Source: Acidimicrobiales bacterium
GTDB taxonomy: Bacteria > Actinomycetota > Acidimicrobiia > Acidimicrobiales > DATDAH01
Reading direction: 5' to 3'
DNA: 64,000 nucleotides
Assembly: GCA_041918615.1 (NCBI GenBank)
Contig: JAYRVH010000013.1
Span: 190 to 64,189, forward strand
Made by a program: the position numbers and the translations under genes. Positions 1-7,919 of the stretch are shown here, one piece after another (position 1 is the stretch's first letter; each line of letters begins with the position of its first letter). The notes beneath the pieces were generated by a model, which saw only the letters and a program-made list of their open reading frames with translations, searched no databases and had not been told where the DNA came from.

Positions 1-15
1 GGCTAGCGTCGCAAC

Positions 16-399
16 ATGGCCGCAACCGACACCACCACGATGAAGAAGGGCACGCGCATCGTCGCCACGACCGCCCTGCCCGGCGTCCCCGAAGGCACCC
101 CCGGCAAGGTCGGCCATGCGATCGGGATGGCCCTGGTGCGTTACCGGGTCGCGTTCGACAACGGCACCGAGAAGACCTCGGTCGCCCACACCAAGCTGGT
201 GCCCGAGGGCGAGTGGGAGACGTTCCGCGAGCAGCGCGCGAAAGCGGCGGCCGAGGCCGCTGAGCGCAAGGCGAACGAAGGCGACGCCCCCAAGGCCGAG
301 GCGAAGCCCGACGCCGGGGCCGGTGCCCCGCCGGTCGACGACCGTCTGGCCGCGCTGCTGGCCAAGTCGAAAGCGGCGAAGGCGAAGAAGCTCGGTTGA
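16..399 (+). CDS. hypothetical small protein (127 aa) with Lys/Ala-rich C-terminal tail
   Basis: ATG-initiated ORF. The N-terminal ~75 aa have globular-like composition; the tail is low complexity (AAEAAERKA..AKSKAAKAKK). Followed by a short hairpin. No family recognised. Confidence 0.5.
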   Translation: MAATDTTTMKKGTRIVATTALPGVPEGTPGKVGHAIGMALVRYRVAFDNGTEKTSVAHTKLVPEGEWETFREQRAKAAAEAAERKANEGDAPKAEAKPDAGAGAPPVDDRLAALLAKSKAAKAKKLG

Positions 400-402
400 C
401 CG

Positions 403-419
403 GCGTCGGTCGCCGACGC
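403..419 (+). terminator. short GC hairpin after the first CDS (GCGTCGG-TCG-CCGACGC)
   Basis: 7-bp perfect inverted repeat with a 3-nt loop, 4 nt after the TGA at 397-399. No U-tract, so weak as an intrinsic terminator. Confidence 0.3.
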
Positions 420-464
420 AGGAACGACACACGAGTGACCCAGGAGTAGGGACTTTCGCCTCTC

Positions 465-1220
465 GTGCCGGTGAGCCGGGGGGCGCACCATGGCGCCATG
501 CCAGACGTCGGGGAAGCGTCGGAGGAGGTTCGGGCGTTGCACGTCCTCGTGGTCGGGACCGAGGGCTGGGCGGTCGACCGGGCCATGCGAGCGCTGCAGC
601 ACGCAGGCCATGTGGTGGTTCGCTGCCCACAGATGGAGCTCTCGCCTTCGGGCTGCGCCGTGCTGGACGGAACCGCCTGCGAGCTCGACGACCGGCTCGA
701 TGTCGTCCTGTCGGTGCGGGCGCACCCGCTGTCCAGGGTCATGGCCTCGGAGTACGGGGTCGTCTGCGCGCTGCGACGCGGGGTCCCCCTGGTCCTCGCC
801 GGCAGCGCGCACCACAGCCCGTTCGCCCCGTGGGCCGTCACGAGCACCGACATCGATGGGGACCTCGTCGACGCGTGTGTCCGGGCCGCGTCGTCAGGTA
901 AGGGGGGTCGCGGGCCGCGCCCGGGCGCTTCGGTTGACGAGCTCGAGCTGACGGTGCGTGGCCGAGCGCAGCCCCGCCAGACGGCGGCGGTCGAGCGTGT
1001 CGCACGCCCAGTCCCAGTGGAGGGCCAGCCAGTCGCCCGGCGCCCACCCTCGCAGCAACGCCGCCCCCTCGAGGGCCAGGCGGACCTCTTCCTCCTGCGG
1101 CGCGCCGAGGACGAGTCGCCCGTCCACCCACTCCACCGGGCGGGCACGGACCGTCGCATGGTCACCGTCGACGCCCAAGAGCCGCCCCCAGCGGATCCGG
1201 CAGCGGTCGAGCACGCGTAG
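465..1220 (+). CDS. hypothetical protein; last ~110 codons overlap the convergent gene
   Basis: The first ~145 aa look protein-like (ALHVLVVGTEGWAVDRAMRALQHAGHVVVRC...). The frame stays open to 1220 only because it runs antisense through the 894-1712 gene. Start is uncertain (GTG 465 or ATG 498). Confidence 0.4.
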   Translation: MPVSRGAHHGAMPDVGEASEEVRALHVLVVGTEGWAVDRAMRALQHAGHVVVRCPQMELSPSGCAVLDGTACELDDRLDVVLSVRAHPLSRVMASEYGVVCALRRGVPLVLAGSAHHSPFAPWAVTSTDIDGDLVDACVRAASSGKGGRGPRPGASVDELELTVRGRAQPRQTAAVERVARPVPVEGQPVARRPPSQQRRPLEGQADLFLLRRAEDESPVHPLHRAGTDRRMVTVDAQEPPPADPAAVEHA

Positions 1221-1712
1221 CGACTCTTCGACGACCCCGGAGCGGAGCAGCCCCACCCACGGGTAGACGCTGAACACCTGGAAGGCATGGGTCGGCGCCC
1301 CGCCGGCCTCGATCTCGGCCGATACGTCCGACCATGCGGTGCCGGCGCGCGCGGCGAACCGGTCACCGAGGCGGGCGTCGAAGTCCGCGGCGGAAACCCG
1401 GCGGCTCGACGCGTTGCCGAGCCAGTAGGCCTCGACCACCCGCCCGTCGAGTGGGTCGTCGAGGCCGAGCGCGTCGGCGATCATCTCGAGGTAGGGCCAC
1501 GCCCCGTCGAACCGCCGAGCGAGATCATCGAGACCGCCGTCCACGCGGTCGCCCGACGCATAGGCGAGCAGGGCCTCGTGGTCGTCCGGGCCGCAGTACC
1601 CGAGCTCGTTCGGCGGATAGGCATACCGGGCGAAGAGCGACGCCCCCGCCGCACTCACGGTCTGTTCATGGCCGTCGTTCGGCCGGTGCTTCCCGGGGGA
1701 CGTCGACGCCAC
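894..1712 (-). CDS. conserved hypothetical protein, last gene of the hydrogenase operon (possibly DUF6390-like)
   Basis: 272-aa ORF with good composition (YAYPPNELGYCGPDDHEALL..., HWDWACDTL). Same strand as hypC, and its 5' end overlaps the hypC 3' end. The family assignment is from memory only. Confidence 0.6.
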   Translation of the reverse strand: MASTSPGKHRPNDGHEQTVSAAGASLFARYAYPPNELGYCGPDDHEALLAYASGDRVDGGLDDLARRFDGAWPYLEMIADALGLDDPLDGRVVEAYWLGNASSRRVSAADFDARLGDRFAARAGTAWSDVSAEIEAGGAPTHAFQVFSVYPWVGLLRSGVVEESLRVLDRCRIRWGRLLGVDGDHATVRARPVEWVDGRLVLGAPQEEEVRLALEGAALLRGWAPGDWLALHWDWACDTLDRRRLAGLRSATHRQLELVNRSARARPATPLT

Positions 1713-1926
1713 CGACGAGGGCCAGGGCGTCGGCGGCTGCGACCTCGTCGATCACGTCGACAGCCAGACCGGTGTGGACCCGCAGCCACTGGCCCTCGAC
1801 CGCCTGGGTGCCCTCCAGGGCCAGCACCGCCAACGAGACCGCCCGGCGCCGCCCGCCCGACTCGATCACCGCCGCACCCCCGTCCTCGCTGACGGACACG
1901 ACCTGCCCCACATCGGTGAGGCACAT
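1666..1926 (-). CDS. hypC: HypC/HybG/HupF-family [NiFe]-hydrogenase assembly chaperone
   Basis: Internal start giving [12 protein letters not shown]... (the hallmark N-terminal Met-Cys), 86 aa. Its ATG (1926-1924) shares one nucleotide with the protease TGA (TGATG). Confidence 0.85.
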   Translation of the reverse strand: MCLTDVGQVVSVSEDGGAAVIESGGRRRAVSLAVLALEGTQAVEGQWLRVHTGLAVDVIDEVAAADALALVGGVDVPREAPAERRP

Positions 1927-2492
1927 CAGACCGGGTCCGGCGCAGGAGAAGGCCCCGCGGTCTGTTCGGGCCGGGAGGACGCGGAATGCGGCGACAGGAG
2001 GCTCGACGACAAGGAATGCGCCTCGGCCACGAGCATGGCGACGGCCTCCGGGACCGCTGAGGCGACGGGCGGGCTCAGGGCATCGCCCTCGGCGAAGTCG
2101 TGGCCCTCGATCCCGAGGACCACCAGGCGCTCGGGCAACCGACCGAGCGCCCGGCCGAGATCGACCGCAGCCCGCACGCCGGCACCATGGGTACTGGTCC
2201 CCGGACACCAGGCGCGCCAGCGCCGGTCGGGCGCGAGTGTTCCGCCGGCCGACACCGCCACGATCCGATGGAGGGTGCCGGCACGGCCGCCGGCACGCGC
2301 CGCGTCCACCACGATCGCCGCGGCGGCCCCGTCCCAGGCATCGAGGAGCCGAGTCGGCTCACCGTCGGTCTCGACGACCGCGGTGCCTCTGGGGAATTGC
2401 GAAGCGGCCTCGCCGACGATCCGGAACGCCACCCCGTCGTCGCCGCGGAAGGAATTGCCCACCGCGATGACCACGAGCGGCGCCGCGCTCAT
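1926..2492 (-). CDS. hydrogenase maturation endopeptidase (HycI/HoxW/FrhD family)
   Basis: [23 protein letters not shown]... (GNxxxxDDGxG) and [10 protein letters not shown]. Its ATG at 2492 overlaps the large-subunit TGA (ATGA). Confidence 0.85.
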   Translation of the reverse strand: MSAAPLVVIAVGNSFRGDDGVAFRIVGEAASQFPRGTAVVETDGEPTRLLDAWDGAAAAIVVDAARAGGRAGTLHRIVAVSAGGTLAPDRRWRAWCPGTSTHGAGVRAAVDLGRALGRLPERLVVLGIEGHDFAEGDALSPPVASAVPEAVAMLVAEAHSLSSSLLSPHSASSRPEQTAGPSPAPDPV

Positions 2493-3793
2493 CGACGATC
2501 CACGGTCAGGTCGAGGAAGTGGGTGGCACACGAGATGCAGGGGTCGTGGTTGCGGATCACCTGCTCGCAGCGGTGGCGGAGGTCGTCGTCCGACAGATCG
2601 AGGTTCTTCTCGACGAAGTGGAACAGGTCGTGCTCGATGCTCGGCTGGTTCTGCGAGGTCGGGGGCACGATGACGGCATCGGTGATCAGCCCGTCCGAGT
2701 CGAGTGAATAGCGGTTGTAGAGCAGCCCCCGGGGCGCCTCGGTGACGCCGTGGCCGACGGCGGCGGTCGGCTCGACGGGCACCGCAGGACGGTCGGGCGG
2801 CTCGTAGGATTCGATGAGCGCGATCGCCTCGTCGCACGCGTGCAACACCTCGACCGCCCGCATCACGATGCTGCGGAACGGGTTGCGGCAGTCGGGCCCG
2901 AGGTCGACCGCCGCAGCGGCCTCGCGTGCGCCTGGCGACAGCTGCTCGAAGTTGAGGGCGAACCGGGCCTGCGGGCCGACGAGGTACCCGCCACGTTCCA
3001 GCAGGTGCGCGTGCAGCGCGTTGGAGCGGGCCACGTGGCTCTCGACGACGTGGTCGGCGAACTCCTCGGGGGCGATGTCGAGCCCGGCGCTGGACCGGAT
3101 GCGCCCGCCGAGCACGGCGTACTCGTCCGGGCGCCAGAGCGCGACGAGCTCGTGGTGGTGCTCGAGATCGGGCACGTCGAAGTCACCGACCCAGCGCACG
3201 GTCGCCACCGCGGTCTCGCGCGCCCGGAGCAACTTGTCGCGCAAGGGCCGGAGCTCGCGCTTGGTGGGCACCCGGTAGAAGCCGCCGACCCGCACGTTGA
3301 CCGGGTGGATCGCACGGCCACCGAGGGTCTCCAGCACCTCGTTGCCCACCCGCTTGAGGTCGAGGCCGTCCTGGACGAGCGAGCGGTGGTCGGCTGCCAT
3401 CTCCACCGCACCCGCGTAGCCGAGGAAGTCGGGAGCGTGGAGCATGTAGACGTGCAGCGTGTGGCTCTCGATCCACTCGCCGCAGTAGAGGATGCGACGG
3501 AGGTCCCGGAGCGGTCCGTCGACCGTCACCCCGCACGCCGCCTCGATGGCCAGGCACGAGCTCATCTGGTACGCGACCGGGCAGATCCCGCAGATCCGGG
3601 CGGTGATGTCGGGGGGCTCGGTGTAGCGCCGGCCCCGGAGGAACGCCTCGAAGAAGCGGGGCGGCTCGTAGATCTGGAGTTGGACGTCGACGAGCGCGCC
3701 GTCGCGGATCTCGACATACATGGCGCCCTCGCCCTCCACCCGGGCCAGGGCGTCGACCTTCAAGGTGCGCGAGGCGGGGGCGCGGTGGGTCAC
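2489..3793 (-). CDS. hyhL: [NiFe]-hydrogenase large (alpha) subunit, group 3b-like
   Basis: N-terminal RVEGEG, proximal Ni-binding motif [11 protein letters not shown]-terminal [12 protein letters not shown] start at 3793 overlaps the small-subunit TGA (GTGA). The upstream part of the 536-aa track ORF is Arg-rich junk. Confidence 0.9.
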   Translation of the reverse strand: MTHRAPASRTLKVDALARVEGEGAMYVEIRDGALVDVQLQIYEPPRFFEAFLRGRRYTEPPDITARICGICPVAYQMSSCLAIEAACGVTVDGPLRDLRRILYCGEWIESHTLHVYMLHAPDFLGYAGAVEMAADHRSLVQDGLDLKRVGNEVLETLGGRAIHPVNVRVGGFYRVPTKRELRPLRDKLLRARETAVATVRWVGDFDVPDLEHHHELVALWRPDEYAVLGGRIRSSAGLDIAPEEFADHVVESHVARSNALHAHLLERGGYLVGPQARFALNFEQLSPGAREAAAAVDLGPDCRNPFRSIVMRAVEVLHACDEAIALIESYEPPDRPAVPVEPTAAVGHGVTEAPRGLLYNRYSLDSDGLITDAVIVPPTSQNQPSIEHDLFHFVEKNLDLSDDDLRHRCEQVIRNHDPCISCATHFLDLTVDRR

Positions 3794-4602
3794 GGCTCGG
3801 ACCCCCGGCGGACGTCGGGCAGCGGGAGGCGGGCCTCGCTCTCGGACCGGAACGGCTCGGCCCAGGCGTTGAAGGTCCGGAGCAGGCGCCCGATGTCGGC
3901 GTCGCTCGTGCCGAGCGCGCCGAGCGTGGGAGTGAGGGCCGCGGGTGCGGCCGACTCCATCGGCCCGAAGCAGCCGTAGCACCCGCGCTGGTAGCGGGGG
4001 CACAGCGCTCCGCACCCGGCGTGGGTGATCGGCCCCAGGCACGGCACGCCGCCGGCGACCAGCACGCACACGTTGCCCGCGGCCTTGCACTCGACACACA
4101 CGCTCTGAGCGCTCACCGCAGGGCGTCGGCCGTGCAGGAACGCACCGATCACCTCCAACAGCTGCGCCCCGTCGATCGGGCAGCCCCGCAACTCGAAGTC
4201 GACCGGCACGTGGGCCGAGATCGGCGTCGACGTGTCGAGCGTCGAGATGAACGCGGGCGTGGGGTACACGATGGCGAGGAACTCCTCGACATCGCCGAAG
4301 TTCCGCAGGGCCTGGATGCCCCCGGCGGTGGCGCAGGCACCGATGGTCACGAGGCGGCGAGAAGCGGCGCGGACCTGTTGGATCCGCTCGACGTCGACAG
4401 CCGTGGTGACCGACCCCTCGACCAGTGACACGTCGTAGGGGCCGTCCACGGTGGCGCTCGACGCCTCGAGGAAGTAGCCGATCTCGACCTCGCCGGCCAC
4501 GGCCAGCAGCTCGTCCTCACAGTCGAGAAGGGTGAGCTGGCACCCGTCACAGGACGAGAACTTCCAGACGGCGAGTCGCGGGAGCGATCGGGCCCCGGTC
4601 AT
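3790..4602 (-). CDS. hyhS: [NiFe]-hydrogenase small (delta) subunit, group 3b-like
   Basis: [27 protein letters not shown]..., GACATAGG, and C-terminal Cys clusters ([26 protein letters not shown]). ATG at 4602 overlaps the hyhG stop (ATGA). Confidence 0.9.
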   Translation of the reverse strand: MTGARSLPRLAVWKFSSCDGCQLTLLDCEDELLAVAGEVEIGYFLEASSATVDGPYDVSLVEGSVTTAVDVERIQQVRAASRRLVTIGACATAGGIQALRNFGDVEEFLAIVYPTPAFISTLDTSTPISAHVPVDFELRGCPIDGAQLLEVIGAFLHGRRPAVSAQSVCVECKAAGNVCVLVAGGVPCLGPITHAGCGALCPRYQRGCYGCFGPMESAAPAALTPTLGALGTSDADIGRLLRTFNAWAEPFRSESEARLPLPDVRRGSEP

Positions 4603-5453
4603 CGCGCGCTCGTCCGGAGCAGCGGTGCCGCGTTCTCGTGGTCGAACACGGGCCCGTCGAGGCACACGAAGCTGCCGCCCAGCTGGCAGTGCCCGCAATG
4701 GCCGACGGCGCACTTCATGTTGCGTTCGAGCGACACCTGCACGGACCGGGGATGCACGCCGAGGCCGATGAGCGCCTGGGCGGTGAATCGCATCATCACC
4801 TCGGGCCCGCACACGAGGGCGACGGCCTCACCCGGCTCCATGTCCACCCGGTCGAGCACCTCGGTCACCACCCCCACCGCCCCCTGCCATGAGCGGTCGG
4901 CGTGATCGACGGTGGCCACCACCTGCACGTGAGGGCGTCGGCCCCACTCGGCGAGCTCGTCCTGGAAGAGCAGGTCGCCCGGGGTCCGCGCACCGACGAC
5001 GATGGCCACCCGCCGGAAGCGGTCGGGGTCGGCGAGCGCCTCGAGCACAGCCGGCCGGAGGGGCACGAGGCCCACGCCCCCGGCGACGAACAGCAGGTCG
5101 CCACCCCCGGCGCCCGCCAGGTCCCAGGCGGTGCCGAACGGGCCGCGGACACCGACCACGCCGTCGACCGGCGTGGCGACGAGTGCCTCGGTGACGGCGC
5201 CGACCGCGCGGATGGTCTCTTCGATCGTCCCGTCGGCGGCATGCATGCCGAGCGAGATCGGCACCTCGCCGACCCCGAACGCCCAGAGCATGAAGAACTG
5301 GCCCGGCCTGGCCTCCGGCAGGGCCGCGTCGACCGGCGCGAGGGTCAACGTGACCGTGTCGGCGCCGTCCTGGCGACGACCCACGACACGGTAGCGGTGC
5401 GGGAGCATGGGTTCTGGGGCCGTGCCGACCGGGAGCAGCGGGGCGTCAAGCAT
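4599..5453 (-). CDS. hyhG: hydrogenase gamma subunit: FAD/NAD(P)-binding oxidoreductase with 2Fe-2S site
   Basis: PyrK / sulfite-reductase-like fold motifs ([29 protein letters not shown]) and C-terminal [14 protein letters not shown]. Start ATG 5453; ATG 5408 is also possible. Confidence 0.85.
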   Translation of the reverse strand: MLDAPLLPVGTAPEPMLPHRYRVVGRRQDGADTVTLTLAPVDAALPEARPGQFFMLWAFGVGEVPISLGMHAADGTIEETIRAVGAVTEALVATPVDGVVGVRGPFGTAWDLAGAGGGDLLFVAGGVGLVPLRPAVLEALADPDRFRRVAIVVGARTPGDLLFQDELAEWGRRPHVQVVATVDHADRSWQGAVGVVTEVLDRVDMEPGEAVALVCGPEVMMRFTAQALIGLGVHPRSVQVSLERNMKCAVGHCGHCQLGGSFVCLDGPVFDHENAAPLLRTSAR

Positions 5454-5904
5454 GCCCGTAGACGTCCAGGAGTCGCAGGCGGGTGGCTTGGAGTCGGCGC
5501 ACCAGCAGGCCCGCGAAGCGCTGCACGAGCCGGTACCCGAGGGCGGGATCGTCGTCGCACTTCGCGCGCAGGCACGCTGCGTCGAGTGCCACCGCGGCGG
5601 TGTCTTCCAGGGCGATCGCCTCGAACTGCCACCGGTGCGGCGGGAACAGCCAGGACGCCCCCAGCACCTCGCCCGCTCCCAGCATGGTGACCACGAACGG
5701 CGGCTTGCCGACGACCTCCATCTCGAGGGCCACCCTCCCCTGGCGGAGCACGTAGAAGTGATCGGCCGGCTCACCCTCACGGAAGATCGTCTCGCCCGCC
5801 GAGAACCGCATGTTCACCCCGCAACCGGCGAGAAGGTCGAGGTCGGGATCGGGCAGGTCTCCGAAGAACGGGTGCTCCTGCAACAGGTCGCGGATGCCCT
5901 TCAA
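5446..5904 (-). CDS. stand-alone cyclic-nucleotide-binding-domain protein (152 aa, no HTH)
   Basis: TTG start at 5904 overlaps the hyhB TGA (TTGA). Sequence [17 protein letters not shown]...[20 protein letters not shown]...[10 protein letters not shown] is a typical cNMP/CRP-type beta-barrel. It ends 8 nt inside hyhG. Confidence 0.75.
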   Translation of the reverse strand: MKGIRDLLQEHPFFGDLPDPDLDLLAGCGVNMRFSAGETIFREGEPADHFYVLRQGRVALEMEVVGKPPFVVTMLGAGEVLGASWLFPPHRWQFEAIALEDTAAVALDAACLRAKCDDDPALGYRLVQRFAGLLVRRLQATRLRLLDVYGHA

Positions 5905-7085
5905 GACGACTCCTCTCCTGAGCCCACTGGGCTCCCGTGTCGGGCCGGCCCGCGTCGGCGCACCGAACCGTCGGTCGCGGCGATGGCCGCCACCTCCTCG
6001 GTGAGGTCGATGCCGACCGGGCACCAGGTGATGCAGCGGCCGCACCCGACGCAACCGAGCTCGCCGAACTGATCGGCCCAGGTGGAAAGCTTGTGGGTGA
6101 GCCATTGGCGGTAGCGGGACCGGACGGTCGACCGAACGGGCCCTCCGTGCAGATAGCTGAAGTCGAGCGTGAAGCAGGAGTCCCACCGCTGCCACCGCTC
6201 GGCCACGGCTCCCGTGACGTCGGTGGTGTCCTCGACGGTCCCGCAGAAGCAGGTGGGGCAGACCATCGTGCAGTTGGTGCAGGCGAGGCACCGCGTGGCG
6301 AGGTCGTCCCACCGGGGGTGCTCGAGGTTGCGGGCCAGCAGCGCCGCCACCTCGGCGGCAGGGACATGCCGTCGCTGACCCGCGACCGCCATGGCCGTCG
6401 CATCGGCTGCGGCGTCCTGGTCGGCCCGGGTGGCGGGCTGATGCGGGACCGCGGCGAGGACGGCCGCTCCCTGCTCGCTGCCCACCCGAACACCGAAACG
6501 ATGCTCGCCGCCGTCGAGCAGTTCGACGAGCGCGAGGTCGAACCCGTCGGCCGCGGCGGGGCCGGCGCCCATCGAGTCGCAGAAGCACGTCGGTCCTGCC
6601 TCACCACAGTCCACGGCGACGATGAAGGCGTCGGCCCGCCGGGTTGCGTAGCCCGGGTCGGCGACGGCCCCGTCACGCAGCACCCGGTCCTGGACCGCGA
6701 TGCCACGCAGGTCGCAGGACCGGACGCCGATGAACGCGTTTCGGACCGGGGCCTCGACCGCGTCGTCGATCTCGAAGCCTCCGCCGCCTCGCCTCGCCCG
6801 GAAGACGAGTGATCTGGCGGGGTGCAGAAAGGGCTTCCACGAGGTCGCCGGCGTCGTGAACCCGAACAGCGCGGCGTCTTCCCGGCGCCGCAACCGGTAG
6901 CGCCCCGGGGCCTGCTCGTCACCCCAGCCCGCGGGGAGGTCGGCCACGCCGTCGATCTCGTCGAGCACGACGGCACCGTCGCGTACCGTCGGCCCGATCA
7001 GGGTGCGGCCGTCGCCACGGAGGGCGTCGAGCAGCGCCGCCAGCCCCGCCACGGTGAGTATGCCGTCCATCACGGACGCCAGCAT
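5901..7085 (-). CDS. hyhB: hydrogenase beta subunit: 4Fe-4S dicluster protein
   Basis: [16 protein letters not shown] and [15 protein letters not shown] ferredoxin-type motifs. 394 aa, first gene of the operon. Confidence 0.85.
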   Translation of the reverse strand: MLASVMDGILTVAGLAALLDALRGDGRTLIGPTVRDGAVVLDEIDGVADLPAGWGDEQAPGRYRLRRREDAALFGFTTPATSWKPFLHPARSLVFRARRGGGGFEIDDAVEAPVRNAFIGVRSCDLRGIAVQDRVLRDGAVADPGYATRRADAFIVAVDCGEAGPTCFCDSMGAGPAAADGFDLALVELLDGGEHRFGVRVGSEQGAAVLAAVPHQPATRADQDAAADATAMAVAGQRRHVPAAEVAALLARNLEHPRWDDLATRCLACTNCTMVCPTCFCGTVEDTTDVTGAVAERWQRWDSCFTLDFSYLHGGPVRSTVRSRYRQWLTHKLSTWADQFGELGCVGCGRCITWCPVGIDLTEEVAAIAATDGSVRRRGPARHGSPVGSGEESS

Positions 7086-7183
7086 GGCGCATCCGGCGGC
7101 CCGGGGCGAGTGCCGAAAGTCCCTGGTGCAGCCGGGCCGGTTGGGACACGATCACCGAAGACGATCTGCCGGTAGGAGCGCGA

Positions 7184-7894
7184 GTGCCCGTCATCGAGTT
7201 GGAAGCCGTTGGTCGCCACTACCAGGTCGGTGACAGCCGGGTGACCGCCCTCCGCGACGTGAGCCTGCGGGTCGACCAGGGCGAATTCCTGGTGGTGCTC
7301 GGCCCCTCGGGCTGCGGCAAGACCACGTTGTTGAACCTCATCGGGGCCCTCGACACCCCGAGCGAGGGCGACGTCCGAGTGGCCGGCGCCCGGCTCGCGG
7401 GAGCCAGCCGGAGGGACCTCTTCCGGTTCAGGCGGGAGACGGTGAGCTTCGTCTTCCAGACCTTCAACCTCTTCCCGGCGCTCACGGCCCGCGAGAACGT
7501 CCAGTTCGCCATCGACGTCGCCCGCGGGGCCCGGCCCGGCCCATCGGCTGCCGATGTGCTCGGTCGGGTGGGCCTGGGCGACCGTCTCGACCACTTCAGC
7601 CACCAGCTCTCGGGCGGCGAGCAGCAGCGGGTGGCCATCGCCCGGGCGCTGGCCACGGGGAACCCGGTGCTGTTGGCCGACGAGCCCACCGGCGAGCTCG
7701 ACTTCCGCACCGGCGTCGCCATCCTCGAGTTGCTCCACGAGCAGGCCCACGCCGGCGTGACCGTGGTCATCGTCACCCACAACCGCGAGATCAGCCGCGT
7801 GGCCGACCGGGTCATCGAGCTCTCCAGCGGTTCCGTCGTGGGCGATGGGCCCCCACCGGGGGGCACCGCCGAGATCGCGACCCTCCACTGGTGA
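7184..7894 (+). CDS. ABC transporter ATP-binding protein (MacB/LolD/FtsE-like)
   Basis: Walker A GPSGCGKTT, signature LSGGEQQRV, Walker B LLADEPTGELD. GTG start preceded by AGGAG. Confidence 0.9.
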   Translation: MPVIELEAVGRHYQVGDSRVTALRDVSLRVDQGEFLVVLGPSGCGKTTLLNLIGALDTPSEGDVRVAGARLAGASRRDLFRFRRETVSFVFQTFNLFPALTARENVQFAIDVARGARPGPSAADVLGRVGLGDRLDHFSHQLSGGEQQRVAIARALATGNPVLLADEPTGELDFRTGVAILELLHEQAHAGVTVVIVTHNREISRVADRVIELSSGSVVGDGPPPGGTAEIATLHW

Positions 7895-7919
7895 CCGCCG
7901 ACCTGGCGACGGTGAGACG

